A stretch of DNA of 64,000 nucleotides, taken from the NCBI GenBank assembly GCA_036785375.1, contig JAWMAR010000508.1, positions 1,178,001-1,242,000 of the forward strand, written 5' to 3'. This document shows positions 23,401 to 34,610 of the stretch, one piece after another. Positions within the stretch are counted from its first letter, which is position 1, and every line of letters begins with the position of its first letter. Both the position numbers and the translations under genes were made by a program. Source of the stretch: Leucoraja ocellata (Eukaryota). The notes under the pieces were generated by a model. The model did not search any database. It had not been told where the DNA came from and was given only the letters and a program-made list of their open reading frames with translations.

Positions 23401-26400
23401 AGTGGGGTGCCTCAGGGATCTGTGTTGGGTCCTTTGTTGTTTGTAATGTACATCAATGATCTGGATGAAGGTGTGGTAAATTGGATTAGTAAGTATGCAG
23501 ATGATATCAAGATAGGGGGTATTGTGGATAATGAAGTGGATTTCCAAAGTCTGTAGAGAAAACACACACCTCCAGAGTGATTTAAGCCATTTGGAAAAAT
23601 GGGCTGAAAGATGGCAGATGGAGTTTAATGCTGATAAATGTGAGGTGCTACACGTTGGCAGGACAAATCAAAATAGGACGTACATGGTAAATGGTAGGGA
23701 ATTGAAGAATACAGTTGAACAGAGGGATCTGGGTATAACCGTGCATAGTTCCTTGAAGGTGGAATCTCATATAGATAGGGTGGTAAAGAAAGCTTTTGGT
23801 ATGCTAGCCTTTATAAATCAGAGCATTGAGTATAGAAGCTGGGATGTAATGTTAAAATTGTACAAGGCATTGGTGAGACCAAATCTGGAGTATGGTGTAC
23901 AATTTTGGTTGCCCAATTATAGGAAGGATGTCAACAAAATAGAGAGAGTACAGAGGAGATTTACTAGAATGTTGCCTGGGTTTCAACAACTAAGTTACAG
24001 AGATAGGTTGAATAAGTTAGGTCTTTATTCTCTGGAGCGCAGAAGGTTAAGGGGGGACCTGATAGAGGTCTTTAAAATGATGAGAGGGATAGACAGAGTT
24101 GATGTGGACAAGCTTTTCCCTTTGAGAATAGGGAAGATTCAAACAAGAGGACATAACTTCAGAATTAAGGGACAGAAGTTTAGGGGTAATATGAGGGGGA
24201 ACTTCTTTACGCAGAGAGTGGTGGCGGTGTGGAATGAGCTCATTTAAAAATAAATTGGATAGGCATATGGATGAGAAGGGAATGGAGGGTTATGGTATGA
24301 GTGCAGGCAGGTGGGACTAAGGGGAAAAAAAATTGTTCGGCATGGACTTGTAGGGCCAAGATGGCCTGTTTCCGTGCTGTAATTGTTATATGGTTATATG
24401 GTTATACTCAAATACTTTTGCTATGAAAGCTAACATACCATTCGCTTTCTTCACTGCCTGCTGCACCTGCGTGCCTACTTTCAATGACTGGTGTACCATG
24501 ACACCCAGGTCTCGCTGCATCACCCCTTTTCCTAGTCGGCCACCAGGTTATGGGGAGAAGGCAGGAGAAAGGGGTTAGGAGGGAGAAATAGATCAGCCTT
24601 GATTGCCTGGCGGAGTGGACTTGATGGACTAATTCTGCTCATATCGCCTATGACCTTCTATACCAGCACTGCTAATGGATTATTGCTGTTCCTCCACAAT
24701 GAACGATCTCCGTACTTACATTGAACAGCCATTGTGAGGATCTGCTCGGATGAGACGGTTGGGTATGTGACTCTGCAGGTGAGGTTTTGCCCGTGATGTT
24801 TGAGTGCTGGGGTCAGGTACAGAACAGAAGTATATGTCAGAGTGTCACCCTGCTGAGTTACGCTGCGTGAGGCTGATGGTGGATCATCAGCGGGGGTGAC
24901 CCAGGTTAAGGTGGGGGCTGTTCCATCACACGTGCTGTTGAAGGAGCAGGTCACGTTCACAGGCCGGTCTGCCACCATTTCAGCAGGGAATATCGTGGGT
25001 TTATTTGTGAAATCTAACACACACAGAAACAGATACTGTTAGTTAAATATAACAGGATACGTCAGTTCACATGGTAATCCCAATCCCACACGAGGAAGAA
25101 TGTTTTTACAAGGTACAGAAGTGTGAAAACACACACCTCCAGATTATCAAGGACCAGTCTCACCCCCAGTCACCCCCTCTTCCCCCCTCTCCCACCGGGC
25201 AAAAGGTACTAGAATGTTGCCTGGGTTTCAACAACTAATAGCAATGTTACAAAATTTTGAGATTTAAAAAAATCAAGTCTGCAATTTATCCCATCAGATA
25301 AAGCATAACAATAAGTTTAATTTGACACCTAATTCACTTTCATATCTCAAGTAATAAAAAAGTTATGGCCATTTTCATACTCGGAAATTAGCATCTTGTT
25401 CCCTATTGATTTTCTATGGACATAACAAAAAAGCTGTGACCATGGGCAGTCAAAAGCCCACAACCTTCTTAAAAATTAAGAGAACTGAATGAAATTTTCA
25501 GTTATCATAGATTGAAGCATTTTGAAACAAATATAAAATAATCTTACTTGGATGACCTGAAATTAAAGCATATAATTAGTTAGTTACCCAATTGTAGCTA
25601 ATTTCAAACTTCAATTACTAGATCTAAACACCTATCCATTTCTTAATAAATGATTAACATTTTTAAATAGCCCAAGTGTCCAAATAATATTCACAAATAA
25701 TTCGCAATAAAACATGATTTTTAAATCTCATTTACATCAATTTATAGGCCAAATGGAATGAATTTAGTGTTCAATTGCTGTAAATTAAAGTCAATTTAAA
25801 TCAGCTTTCTAGTGGGTTCCTGTGAACGCGCTGGTTTAGAACGTTCACATTGCGCTGGATTTGTGCCCTCAAATGCCCAGAAAAATACTGCGGGATATAA
25901 AGAGCCCAAAATGAACTACTCGCTATAGAAAACTTTATATACAGGTTTATTTACAAGCCCCATTTAATGTAAAAATAAGGTACATACCTTTAGTTGTTTG
26001 CTTTATAAAACTCTGGGGCTGCGAGAGGTTGCGATTGAGAGAGTGATTTTTAAACTACTATAACTATTATACAAGGCCATACAAACTAATAATACCTTTT
26101 GCGACGGGGTCTTTCAGCGATTTTCCGTTAATGATTTACTAGGCTGAACACTTTCGATTGCAACAGCCTAGTGAAAATCGCGGTTTAAACCCGCCCCCTC
26201 TAAACAGCGCCAAATTCGCGCACACGGGGTAGGGCAGATGCTCAGCCACGATTCAGGTAGGTTTTGTAACATATCTCCAACTAAGTTACAGAGATAGGTT
26301 GAATACAATACAATACAATACAATACAATTTATTTGTCACTTGAACCTCATAGAGGCTCAAGTGAAATGTTGTTTCTGCAGTCATACATACAAGAAAAAA

Positions 26401-29400
26401 AAGACCCAAGACACAACACAATTTACACAGACATCCATCACAGCGCATCTCCACCTTGCTGTGATGGAAGGCAAAAAAACGTATCTCTCCCCTGCACTTC
26501 CCTCTCCCCCCGATGTCAGAGTCAAAGTCAGAGCCCCCGGCGGGCGATAACAATTGTCCCACGGCCATTTACGCCGCGCCGGGTGATGCAAGGCCGCGCT
26601 CCGGGTCTTGCTGTTGGACCCCCCGGCTTTCTCGGTAACTTAGATGCAGAAACCCAGGCAACATTCTAGTAAATCTCCTCTGTACTCTCTCTAACAGCTG
26701 GGAAGAAACTGTTGAGTGAATGAGTGAAGTATACAGGACACTTACCAATAACACGGAGCTGTGTTGGAGGGTGGTAGTTGTAACGATTTCCATCTCCAAA
26801 ATCAACTCTGAAAAAATAAGGACCTGTATCTTGCTGCGTGACGTTGTCTATAACCAGGGAACAGTCGTTGTCGCTCAGGACTCCTGACAGCCGGGTCCGA
26901 TGCTGAAACTGGGTTGATATTACACTGGGATACCAGGAGTGGAAGGCTACAGATCGATAGTTCTGTATCCCACTGTTATACCAGATTCCAGTCCGTGTTT
27001 TTTTATTTAGAGTCGACGGGTACCTGTACTGACACGGAATCCGTGCACACAAACCATTCTGCGCTGTCACATGTGGTGGATAGTCCGCTCTCCACTGTCC
27101 CGACACCACTGCTGAGGAGAGAAGGAACAATCTTTAGCAGTGAACACCCTGTCAGTTCACTGGACTCACTCTCCACACATTATATCATGCGCTGTGGGCC
27201 TGGTGTGTACGGAGCGGGGAAGAGCGGCGTGGTGGTGTAGTGGTAGAGCCTCACTCCTCACCCCCCCCCCCCCCCCCACAGTGCGTCACTCCCACCTCCC
27301 CTCCCACAGTGTGTCACTCCCTACCACAGTGCGCCACTCCCTCCTCACCCCCCCCCCCACAGTGTGTGTCATTCCCTCCTCACCCACCCCCCCCACAGTG
27401 TGCGTCACTCCCACCTCACCCCCCCCCACAGTGCATCACTCCCTCCTCATCCCCCCCCCCACGCAATGCATCACTCCCTCCTCACTGCCCCTCCCACAGT
27501 GTGTGTCACTCCCTACAACAGTGCATCACTCCCTCCCACAGTATGTCACTCCCTCCCACAGTGCGTTACTCCCTCCCACAGTGTCTCACTCCCTCCTCAC
27601 ACCCCTCCCACAGTGTGTCACTCCCTCCTCACCCCCCCCCCACAGTGTGTGTCACTCTCTCCTCACCACCCCTCCCACAGTGTGTGTCACTCCCTCCTCA
27701 CCCCCCCCTTCCACAGTGCGTCACTCTCTCCTCACCGCACCTCCCACAGTGCGTCACTCCCTCCCACAGTGCGTTACTCCCTCCCACACTGCATCACTCC
27801 TCCCACAGTGCGTCACTCCCACCTCACCACCCCTCCCACAGTGCGTCACTCCCTCCCACAGTGTGTGTCACTCCCACCTCACCCCGCCTCCCACAGTGCG
27901 TCACTCCCTCCTCACCCCCCCCCCCCCCCCTTCCACAGTGCGTCACTCCCAGGGACCAGTAGAGTGTCCCTTGTGGCCAGGGTCCGGAGGGCAACGAGCA
28001 CCGCCACTCCACCCTGGGCCCATAAGGGGAGGAGTGACTCTGCTGTCAGCGACCGAAGGACTGGTGATGGGATCTAGGGAGTTGGCAGGGCCAAAGATGG
28101 CCTGGCTGGGTTGCTCCTGGGCCTGGCCAAGCTGGCCATCCGCGAGTCACGGTGCCAGGCGGAAGAGGGCTTTGCCTGAACAGTTGCTTGCATCTTTGCG
28201 GTGACCGATTAGGAAAAGGGGAGATGCAGCGAGACCTGGGTGTCATGGTACAACAGTCATTGAAAGTAGGTATGCAGGTGCAGCAGGCAGTAAATAAAGC
28301 GAATGGTATGTTAGCTTTCATAGCAAAAGGATTTGAGTATAGGAGCAGGGAGGTTCTACTGCAGTTGTACAGGGTCTTGGTGAGACCACACCTGGAGTAT
28401 TGCGTACAGTTTTGGTCTCCAAATCTGAGGAAAGACATTCTTGCCATAGAGGGAGTACAGAGAAGGTTCATCAGACTGATTCCTGGGATGTCAGGACTTT
28501 CATATGAAGAAAATCTGGATAGATTCGGCTTATACTCGCTAGAATTTAGAAGATTGAGGGGGGATCTTATAGAACTTACAAAATTCTTAAGGGGTTGGAC
28601 AGGCTAGTTGCAGGAAGATTGTTCCCGATTTTGGGGAAGTCCAGAACAAGAGGGTCACAGTTTAAGGATAAAGGGGATATCTTTAAGGACTGAGATGAGA
28701 AAAACATTTTTTACACAGAGAGTGTTGAATCTGTGGAATTCTCTGCCACAGAAGATAGTTGAGGCCAGTTCATTGGCTATATTTAAGAGGGAGTTAGATG
28801 TGGCCCTTGTGGCTAAAAGGATCAGGGGGTATGGAGAGAAGGCAGGTACTGTTGGATGATCAGCCATGATCATATTGAATGGTGGTGCAGACTCGAAGGG
28901 CCGAATGGTCTACTCCTGCACCTATTTTCTATGTTTCAATGTGTGATCTGTAGTCCCATATGAAGCTTGTAATAATGGAGTCTAACTTTTTAAAGACATT
29001 TTTTGTTAAGTATGTTGGTATTGATTGAAATAGGCATTTATTCTGCCTATTAAGGACATCGGCAGTGTTTTCCAGAATTTAAACAACGCGTTCAATTTAG
29101 TTAATAAAGGCATGAAGTTTGCATCAAAAAGTGATTTATGTTTTCTAGTAATTTGGATACCCAAATACTCTAATTTTTCTGTTGCAATTTTAAAGGGAAA
29201 ATGTTAACAGGTGTGTCGACTCTTGCGGTTTTAGCATCATAATTTCACTTTTGTTCCAATTTATTCTACGTGAAGCCAACAGTTGTGAACCTGGGTTTTA
29301 GGATGGACAGTGACTTTAAATTAGATCGCCAAATATGCGCGGTGGTTAAGTCCAGCTTCTTTCACCTAAGGAAGCTGGCGAAGGTGAAGCCCATTCTCGA

Positions 29401-32068
29401 GCGGCAGCATTTTGTGACTGTAATCCTTGCCTTTATTACATCTAGGCTGGATTACTGTAACGCGCTCTATTTTGGAGTTGCTCGTTCTACACTGGCTCGT
29501 CTCCGGTTGGTTCAGAATGCTGCTGCTCGCCTTTTAACTGGGACTCGAAAGAGGGAGCACATATCGCCATTTCTGGCCTCCCTACACTGGCTCCCGGTGC
29601 ACTTTCGAGTTCATTTTAAGATACTGTTATTTGTTTTAAAATCTCTGAATGGGCTCGCCCCGCCTTACCTCTCTGAGCTGCTCCACCCATACGCTCCTGC
29701 CCGGTCCCTCAGGTCAGCTGGTCAGCTGCTCCTGGAGGTACCGATGTCTAATCGGTGGCTCAGAGGGGATAGAGCCTTCTCTGTTGCTGCTCCAGCGCTC
29801 TGGAACACCCTGCCGTTGCACATCAGACAGGCCCCCTCACTGTCCATCTTCAAATCCAGTGTTAAAACACATTTGTACTCCCTGGCTTTTGACCATGCCT
29901 GAGACTTTGCTTCTGTTTGTGGTGTTTTTGATGTTTCTTTATTTTTACATGTCTTTTCCTACTATTTCTTTTGATTGTTATTTTTGGTGTGTATTAAGTT
30001 TTTTGTCAATGATTAGTGATGTACAGCACTTTGTTGCGGCTATGTTTGTTTTTAATGTGCTCTATAAATAAAATTATTATTATTATTATTCTATATCCTG
30101 AAAAGGAGCTAAATTCCTCTATTAAATTTAGTATATTTGGTATACTAATTTGCGAATTTGTAATGTATAATAATACGTCCTCTGCGTATAGTGAAATATT
30201 ATTATTTGAATATTTGATATTATATCCCCGAATATTCGGATGGCTTCTTATACTTTCTGCTAAAGGCTCTATCACAAGGGCAAATAACAGGGGTGATAAT
30301 GCACACTCTTGTCTATTGCCCCACGATAATTGAAATGTTGAAGATAACATGTTATTAGTCAGTATTGTCTAAATGGTGGCCGATATTATCTAAATGGTGG
30401 CCGATTGGGAAAGGGGGAGATGCAGCGAGACCAGTACACCAGTCATTGAAGGTAGGCATGCAGGTGCAGCAGGCAGTAAAGAAAGCGAGTGGTATGTTAG
30501 CTTTCATTGCAAAAGGATTTGAGTATAGGAGCAGGGAGGTTCTACTGCAGTCGTACAGGGTCTTGGTGAGACCACACCTTGAGTATTGCGTACAGTTTTG
30601 GTCTCCAAATCTGAGGAAGGACATTATTGCCATAGAGGAAGTGCAGAGAAGGTTCACCAGACTGATTCCTGGGATGTCAGGACTGTCTTATGAAGAAAGA
30701 CTGGATAGACTTGGTTTATACTCTCTAGAATTTAGGAGATTGAGAGGGGATCTTATAGAAACTTACAGAATTCTTAAGGGGTTGGACAGGCTAGATGCAG
30801 GAAGATTGCTCCCGATCATGGGGAAGTCCAGGACAAGGGGTCACAGCTTAAGGATAAGGGGGAAATCCTTTAAAACCGAGATGAGAATAACTTTTTTCAC
30901 ACCGACAGTGGTGAATCTCTGGAACTCTCTGCCACAGAGGGTAGGTGAGGCCAGTTCATTGGCTATATTTAAGAGGGAGTTAGATGTGGCCCTTGTGGCT
31001 AAGGGTATCAGGGGGTATGGAGAGAAGGCAGGTACGGGATACTGAGTTGGATGATCAGCCATGATCATATTGAATGGCGGTGCAGGCTTGAAGGGCTGAA
31101 TGGCCTACTCCTGCACCTAATTTCTATGTGTCTATGTTTCTATTCCAGCAGTGTGATCGTAATTAAATACATTATTTTTGATTAAAAAAAACAGTCCGTC
31201 GCTCCGTCATTTGCTGCACTGTATTCCATCTGCCACTTCTCTTCCCACTCTCCCAACCTGCTCAAGTCCTTCTGCAGAGTCCCTGCTTTCTCTACACAAC
31301 CTGCCCCTCCACCTATTTCTGTATCAACCACGAACCTGACCACAAAGTCTTCAATCCCCTCGTCCCAATCATTAATATATAACGTGAAGAGTAGTGGTGT
31401 GCAGGAAGGAACTGCCGGTGCTGGTTCGAACTGAAGATTGACACAAAAATAGGGAGAAACTCAGCAGGACAGGCAGCATCTCTGGAGAGAAGGAATGGGT
31501 GATGTTTCGATTCAAGACCCTTCTTCAGACTGAAAGTCACGGGAGAGGGAAACGAGAGATATAGACAATGATGTGGAGAGACACAGAACAATGAATGAAA
31601 GGTATGCAAAAAAGTAATGATGACAAACAAACAAGACATTGTTAGCTGTTTGTTGGGTGAGAACGAGAAGCTGGTGCGACCTGTGTAGGTGAGGGATGGA
31701 GAGAGAGGGAATGCAGGGTTTACTTGAAGTGGAAGAAATCAATATTGCCCAAGCAAAATATGGGATGATGTTCCTCCAATTTGCATTTAGCCCCACTCTG
31801 ACAGTAGAGGAGACCTAGGACAGAAAGGTCAGTGTGAGAATGGGAAGGGTAATTAAAATGTTTGGCAACCGGGAGATCAGGTAGGTCCAGGCGGACTGAG
31901 CGAAGGTGTTCAGTGAAACGATCGTAGCAGCCCCAGAACCGACACCTGCGGAACTCCGCTAGTCCCTGGCAGCCAACCACTAAAAGCCTCCTTGCCCGTA
32001 AACACTTCCGAGTTGCTGCTGGTGGTACCTTGGAGAAGGGAGAGGAGGAAGAACGATCGCCCGATCAT
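5152..32068 (-). CDS. Gene A: Siglec/MAG-like Ig-superfamily lectin receptor (12 coding exons, 8 Ig domains, TM, cytoplasmic tail); about 957 aa as assembled, about 922 aa with a B-like tail
   Basis: Exons 32029-32068, 26746-27111, 24720-25013, 22398-22679, 20839-21120, 19664-19945, 18108-18389, 16933-17214, 13283-13570, 10262-10358, 7916-7997, 5152-5448. All have AG/GT boundaries and compatible phases. Siglec V-set and D2 signatures present. Confidence 0.88.
6150..7618. mobile_element. Tail-to-tail CR1 fragments (+ 6150-6675, - 6856-7618) around a Penelope remnant
   Basis: CR1 peptides on both strands. [11 protein letters not shown]-like Penelope sequence at about 6680-6750. Confidence 0.8.
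7916..7997 (-). CDS. Gene A first cytoplasmic exon ([28 protein letters not shown])
   Basis: 82 nt, phase 2-0, ctccag|...CAG|gtagt. Conserved in the paralog at 40978-41059. Confidence 0.78.
8263..9335 (-). mobile_element. CR1 family 1 fragment including RT motifs ([17 protein letters not shown])
   Basis: ORFs 8877-9293 and 8354-9286. Paralogous copy at about 42120-43200. Confidence 0.92.
9706..13225. mobile_element. CR1 fragments of families 1 and 2 flanking the gene A TM exon
   Basis: Minus copy 9706-10178, plus copies 10460-11258 and 11875-13225. The latter ends in a (GTTATATG)n tail. Confidence 0.85.
10262..10358 (-). CDS. Gene A transmembrane exon ([32 protein letters not shown])
   Basis: 97 nt, ttacag|...TG|gtaagt. 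Hydrophobic run followed by a basic residue. Conserved paralogous copy at 44120-44216. Confidence 0.88.
13283..13570 (-). CDS. Gene A membrane-proximal Ig exon, MAG domain-5-like
   Basis: [34 protein letters not shown]...TLTLRG...[10 protein letters not shown]. The C-x8-CxC...NP pattern resembles MAG Ig5. 288 nt, phase 1-1. Confidence 0.87.
13750..16660. mobile_element. Jumbled CR1 family 1 fragments, both strands, with a V-SINE fragment at about 14996-15200
   Basis: Multiple CR1 RT C-terminal ORFs on both strands. Confidence 0.85.
16933..17214 (-). CDS. Gene A repeated Ig C2 exon 5 (type a)
   Basis: 282 nt. Translation identical to 19664-19945. Confidence 0.88.
18108..18389 (-). CDS. Gene A repeated Ig C2 exon 4 (type b)
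   Basis: 282 nt. Translation identical to 20839-21120. Confidence 0.88.
19664..19945 (-). CDS. Gene A repeated Ig C2 exon 3 (type a)
   Basis: 282 nt, phase 1-1, intact. Confidence 0.88.
20839..21120 (-). CDS. Gene A repeated Ig C2 exon 2 (type b, [13 protein letters not shown]...)
   Basis: 282 nt, phase 1-1, intact Cys-Trp-Cys. Confidence 0.9.
22398..22679 (-). CDS. Gene A repeated Ig C2 exon 1 (type a, [13 protein letters not shown]...)
   Basis: 282 nt, tag|...T|gtgagt. ILCSVQSFP...W...[11 protein letters not shown]. Confidence 0.9.
23340..24405 (+). mobile_element. CR1 family 2 3' fragment
   Basis: [13 protein letters not shown]...KYADD...[15 protein letters not shown], (GTTATATG)n tail. 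Paralogous copy begins at 63330. Confidence 0.9.
24720..25013 (-). CDS. Gene A Siglec domain-2 C2-set exon
   Basis: [10 protein letters not shown]...[18 protein letters not shown]...TSVLYLTP...[10 protein letters not shown]. Carries the extra Cys expected for the V-D2 interdomain disulfide. 294 nt, phase 1-1. Confidence 0.92.
25239..26277. mobile_element. Non-autonomous DNA transposon (MITE-like), about 1.04 kb
   Basis: Imperfect 16-bp TIRs (tagcaATGTTACAAAA / gagatATGTTACAAAA). 7-bp TSD CAACTAA at 25232-25238 and 26278-26284, interrupting a CR1 fragment. Confidence 0.8.
26746..27111 (-). CDS. Gene A Siglec V-set (sialic-acid-binding) domain exon
   Basis: QWRADYP...GLCARIPC...GIWY...[31 protein letters not shown]. 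Siglec Cys pattern and F-strand essential Arg (YFFR). 366 nt, phase 1-1, cag|...G|gtaag. Confidence 0.93.
27255..27950. repeat. C-rich minisatellite, core CCCTCCCACAGTG(C/T)GTCACT
   Basis: Visible tandem degenerate repeats in the intron upstream of the V exon. Confidence 0.85.
28200..28940 (+). mobile_element. CR1 family 1 3' fragment
   Basis: ORFs 28152-28607 and 28608-28859. Confidence 0.88.
28950..30350 (-). mobile_element. L1-clade RT fragment interrupted by an L2 insertion
   Basis: [14 protein letters not shown]...[10 protein letters not shown]...FSSFSGYR continues as INWNKSEIM on the other side of the L2. Confidence 0.8.
29269..30090 (+). mobile_element. L2-clade LINE 3' fragment
   Basis: [10 protein letters not shown]...[12 protein letters not shown]...[13 protein letters not shown], (TTA)n tail, TSD-like TTATTCTA. 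Confidence 0.88.
30365..31140 (+). mobile_element. CR1 family 1 3' fragment
   Basis: ORF 30365-31045 and tail. Confidence 0.88.
31396..31925 (-). mobile_element. Degenerate Penelope-like element 3' fragment
   Basis: [11 protein letters not shown]...[12 protein letters not shown]...LEEHH (GIY-YIG C-terminus) plus the same terminal repeat as 35395-35490. Confidence 0.75.
32029..32068 (-). CDS. Gene A signal-peptide exon ([13 protein letters not shown]); exon extends into 5'UTR to 32102
   Basis: ATG at 32068 has A at -3. Phase-1 donor G|gtacc. Upstream acceptor tttctcttccag. Joined to the V exon it gives [18 protein letters not shown]|QW, a typical cleavable leader. Confidence 0.8.
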
Positions 32069-32816
32069 TGTCCGATCCCAGATATCCCGTCAGTTACCCG
32101 ATCTGGAAGAGAAAGTAATTGCAGTCAAACTCCAGCGACCAATATACATAAAACGAAACGGATGTAATGCTGAGGTTCTACAAGGCAGTGGTCAGGCCAC
32201 ATTTGGAATATTGTGAGCAATTTTGAGCCCCATATCAGATGAAGCATGTGCGGGCTCTGGATGGGATCAGAGGAGGTTTATAGCAATGAGTGGGTTTACA
32301 TACGATGAGCGTTTGACGGCACTGTGCCTTTACTCGCTGGAGTTTAGAAGAATGAGGGGGGGACCTCAATGAAACTTACCGAACAGTGAAAGGCTTGGAG
32401 AGTGTGGATGCGGAGAGGATATTTCCACTAGTGGGAGAGGTCATAGTCTCAGAATTAAAGGACGTTCTTTTAGGAAGGAAATGACGTGGAATTTCTTTAG
32501 TCAGAGGGTGGTGAATCTGTGGAATTCTTTGACGCAGACGGCGGTGGAGGCCAATTCAAACTTTCAAGGTCAGTTTATTGTCTCATGTACCATTTAAGGT
32601 ACTGTGAAGTTCGAATAACCCAAAAAAAAGCAACAAGGGACACAACTGCATAAAAGTCACCATAAACATCCACCACAGCGGACTCCCCACGATCCTCACC
32701 GGGACCGAAGGCAATAAAGTCCAAACTTCTTCTTCCTCTTTTATTCTCCCATGGTCGGGGCAATCGAACCATCCGCAGTCGGGAGGATTGGAGCTCCCGC
32801 AGCCGGCGGTGGAAGA

Positions 32817-33500
32817 CGTGTCGGGGCGACCAAAGACCCCGCGTTGGGGCGATGGAAGACCCCGCGTCGGGGCGGTGGAATACCCCACGTCGGGGCGGTG
32901 GAATACCCCACGTCGGGGCGATGGAAGACCCCGTGTCGGGGCGATGGAAGACCCCGTGTCGGGGCGATCGAAGACCCCGCGTCGGGGCGGTGGAATACCC
33001 CACGTCGGGGCGGTGGAATACCCCACGTCGGGGCGGTGGAAGACCCCGCGTCGGGGCGGTGGAAGACCCCGTGTCGGGGCGGTGGAAGACCCCGTGTTGG
33101 GGCGGTGGAAGACCCCGCGTCGGGGCGGTGGAAGACCCCGCGTCGGGGCGGTGGAAGACCCCACGTCGGGGCGATCGAAGACCCCGCGTCGGGGCGGTGG
33201 AAGACCCTGCGTCGGGGTGATCGAAGACCCTGCGTCGGGGCGATCGAAGACCTCACGTTGGGGCGGTGGAAGACCCTGTGTCGGGGCGATCGAAGACCTC
33301 ACGTCGGGGCGGTGGTAGACCCCGCGTCGGGGCGGTGGAAGACCCCAAGTCGGGGCAGTGGAAGACCCCGTGTCGGGGCGGTGGAAGACCCCACGTCGGG
33401 GCGATCGAAGATCCCACGTCGGGGCAGTGGAAGACCCCACGTCGGAGCGATCGAAGACCCTGAGTCGGGGCGATCGAAGACCCCGCGTCGGGGCGATCGA
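32817..33500. repeat. GC-rich 21-bp minisatellite (GTCGGGGCGGTGGAAGACCCC-type), about 32 copies, inside a retroposon-like insert (about 32572-33935)
   Basis: Tandem array visible directly. 7-aa periodic ORFs on both strands. Confidence 0.9.
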
Positions 33501-34198
33501 AGCTCCTGCGGTTTGGAGTTTCCCGAAGTCGGTCTCTAACCAGCGACCACAAGCTCCACGATGTTAAAGTCCACAGGCACCCATGGGTGGATCCCCAAAC
33601 TTGACCCCGACAGGGATCGTAAGCTCCGTGATGGTAAGTCCTGCAGACACCCGGGGAACAGCTCTCGAAGTCGGTCTCATGCAAATGCCACCAACTCCTC
33701 GATGTTAGACCGCAGTGCGGACGGAGATATGATACGGAAGAAAATCGCATCTCCGTTGAGGTAAGTGATTACAAAAAGTTTCCCTCAACTCTCCCCCCCC
33801 CCCCCCCCCACTCCCTACATAAAACAAGCTAAAGAACACTGAAAACATACATTTAACACACACAAACAGACAACAAAACAGGAAGGGACAGACAGACTGT
33901 TGGCGAGGCAGCCATTGCTAGCACCACCTGGTGGTTAAGTCAATGAATATTGTGAAGGCTGAGATAGAAAGATTATGAATTAGTACAGATGTCAGGGGTT
34001 ATGGGGAGAAGGCAGGAGAATGGGGTTAAGAGGGATTGATAGATCAGCCATGATTGAATGGGGGAGTAGACTTGATGGGCCAAATGGCCTAATTCTACTA
34101 TCACTTATGACCTCCTGAGCAATCTAGTTGCCTTCTTTTGGTTTTTATAAGCTTCCCAATCGTTAGAACTCCTGCTAATCTTTGCCAAGTTACATGAT

Positions 34199-34570
34199 GG
34201 CGCATGGTGGTGCAGCGGTAGAGACCCGACTTTGATCCTGACTACAGGTGCTGTCTGTACGGAGTTTGCACGTTCTCTCTGTGATCTGCGTGGATTTTCT
34301 CCGGGGTCACTGGTTTCCTTCCACGCTCCAAAGATGTATGGGTTTGTAGGTTAATTAGACTTCGGTAAAACAAAAATTATTTGTCCGAAGTGTGTGTGTG
34401 TAGGATAGCGTTGGTCACTGGTCAGCATGGGCCGAAGGGCCTGTTTCTGCACAGTATCACTAAACTAAACACAGAACTTGTTTGTGAACGGGTGATCGAT
34501 TGTCGGCGTGGACTCGATGGGCTGAAGGGCCTGTTTCCGCGCTGTGTCTCTAAACTAGAAAACTAAACTC
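34199..34570 (+). mobile_element. tRNA-derived V-SINE (HE1-like)
   Basis: A-box-like head GGTGGTGCAGCGGT, V-domain core GGAGTTTGCACGTTCTC...GGTTTCC, CR1-like tail. Confidence 0.7.
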
Positions 34571-34610
34571 AACTGACATGAACGGCTACTGTTCTCCGTC
34601 CCACAAGGTG

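Noticed and set aside
27150-27200. Donor-like GTGAGT near the V exon as a possible leader exon
   Set aside because: Wrong phase, no hydrophobic peptide and a very short intron; the better leader is at 32029-32068.
27255-27950. Many CACAGTG (RSS heptamer) motifs beside a V-set exon
   Set aside because: No nonamers at 12/23 spacing, they are part of a minisatellite, and the V exon is a complete Siglec domain rather than a rearranging segment.
5152-32068. Assigning the symbol MAG, CD22 or SIGLEC1
   Set aside because: Domain count, TM and tail match none exactly; orthology needs phylogeny and synteny.
32575-33750. Long Pro/Arg/Gly ORFs and a CRISPR-like look
   Set aside because: 21-bp tandem minisatellite without unique spacers, in a vertebrate context.
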